Both the position numbers and the translations under genes were made by a program. A DNA stretch of 46,445 nt from Pristiophorus japonicus (taxonomy: Eukaryota), in assembly GCF_044704955.1 (NCBI RefSeq), contig NC_092008.1, positions 761,556 through 808,000 of the forward strand, in the 5' to 3' direction. This document shows, piece after piece, positions 45,093-46,445 of the stretch (position 1 is its first letter; every line of letters starts with the position of its first letter). The notes beneath the pieces are model-generated. The model worked only from the letters and a program-made list of their open reading frames with translations. It did not search any database and had not been told where the DNA came from.

Positions 45093-46445
45093 TAAGTCAT
45101 GGCAGGACAGCTCGGTCACGTGATATGCTCCTCCTGTACCATGTGGGAACACGGGGACAACACCAGTGTCCCTGACGACTACATGTGCGGGAAGTGTGTC
45201 CACCTCCGGCTACTGACGGTCCGCGTTGCGGAGTTGGAGCTGAAGGTGAATTCACTCTGGAGCATCCACGATGCTGAGAATGACATGAGTATCACGTGTA
45301 GCGAGTTGGTCTTACCGCAGGAGAAGGGTCCACAGCCAGATAGGGAATGGAAGACCAGCAGGAAGAGTAGTGCAAGGAAGGAAGGGGTCCCCTGTGGTCA
45401 GCCCACTGCAAAACAGATACACTGCTTTGAGTGCTGTTGAGGGGGATGACTCATCAGGAGCGGGCAGCAGCAGCCAAGTTCATGGCACCGTGGCTGGCTC
45501 TGTTGCACAGGAGGGCAGGAAAAAGAGTGGGCGAGCGATAGTGATAGGGGATTCAATTGTAAGGGGAATAGATAGGCGTTTCTGCGGCCGCAACCGAGAC
45601 TCCAAGATGGTATGTTGCCTCCCTGGTGCAAGGGTCAAGGATGTCTCGGAGCGGGTGCAGGACATTCTAAAAAGGGAGGGAGAACAGCCAGTTGTTGTGG
45701 TGCACGTTGGTACCAATGACATAGGTAAAAAAAGGGATGAGTTCCTACGAAATGAATTTAAGGAGCTAGGAGCTAAATTAAAAAATAGGACCTCAAAAGT
45801 AGTAATCTCGGCATTGCTACCAGTGCCACGTGCTAGTCAGAGTAGGAATCACAGGATAGCTCAGATGAATATGTGGCTTGAGCAATGGTGCAGCAGGGAG
45901 GGATTCAAATTCCTGGGGCATTGGAACCGGTTCTGGGGGAGGTGGGACCAGTACAATCCTGACGGTCTGCACCTGGGCAGAATCGGAACCAATGTCCTCG
46001 GGGGAGTGTTTGCTAGTGCTGTTGGGGAGGAGTTAAACTAATATGGCAGGGGGATGGGAACCAATACAGGGAGATAGAGGGAAACAAAAAGGAGGCAAAA
46101 ACAAAAGACCGAAAGGAGATGAGGAAAAGTGGAGGGCAGAGAAACCCAAGGCAAAGAACAAAAAGAGCCATTGTACAGCAAAATTCTAAAAGGACAGAGG
46201 GTGTTAAAAAAACAAGCCTAAAGGCTTTGTGTCTTAATGCAAGGAGTATCTGTAATAAGGTGGATGAATTAACTGTGCAAATAGATGTTAACAAATATGA
46301 TGTGATTGGGATTACGGAGACGTGGCTCCAGGATGATCAGGGCTGGGAACTCAACATCCAGGGGTATTCAACATTCAGGAAGGATAGAATAAAAGGAAAA
46401 GGAGGTGGGGTAGCATTGCTGGTTAAGGAGGAGATTAAGGCAATA
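45093..46445 (+). mobile_element. CR1 LINE 5' part: ORF1 (45099-46041, frameshifted; zinc finger/leucine zipper plus SGNH esterase) and start of the ORF2 endonuclease; runs off the window
   Basis: CSSC..W...DYMCGKC; VIGDSIVRG, CLPGARV, VHVGTND, DGLHL; ORF2 LCLNARSI, DVIGITETWL, RKDR..GKGGGVALLV. Confidence 0.93.

Noticed and set aside
45370-46041. SGNH/GDSL esterase as a host or horizontally acquired gene
   Set aside because: Standard CR1 ORF1 domain; it follows a frameshifted zinc-finger region and precedes the ORF2 endonuclease

Overview
Vertebrate genomic DNA, GC-rich and repeat-dense. A cartilaginous fish (shark or ray) is inferred from the CR1/L2/RTE/Deu-type SINE content. The window lies in the block syntenic to human Xq28. 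Gene order: 5' part of NAA10 (-; exons 1, 3 and 4 visible, exon 2 probably in an N-gap), a heavily decayed long-wavelength-sensitive cone opsin (LWS) pseudogene (+, ~4.65-14.83 kb), an apparently intact UBL4A (+, 4 exons), and an intact but divergent KLF15-like zinc-finger gene (-, ~311 aa). A CR1 LINE 5' part ends the window. The LWS relic is largely invisible in the ORF track. Exons 1, 4, 5 and the end of exon 6 are readable, with frameshifts, a stop codon and damaged splice sites. Exons 2-3 were not found. A full-length decayed Gypsy LTR retrotransposon (211-bp LTRs, GGTTC target-site duplication) appears nested inside exon 5, and a second Gypsy fragment lies in intron 1. Much of the rest is minisatellite grown from internal segments of SINEs and LINEs. 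All identifications come from manual reading and recall of known proteins; no database search was run, and repeat boundaries are approximate.
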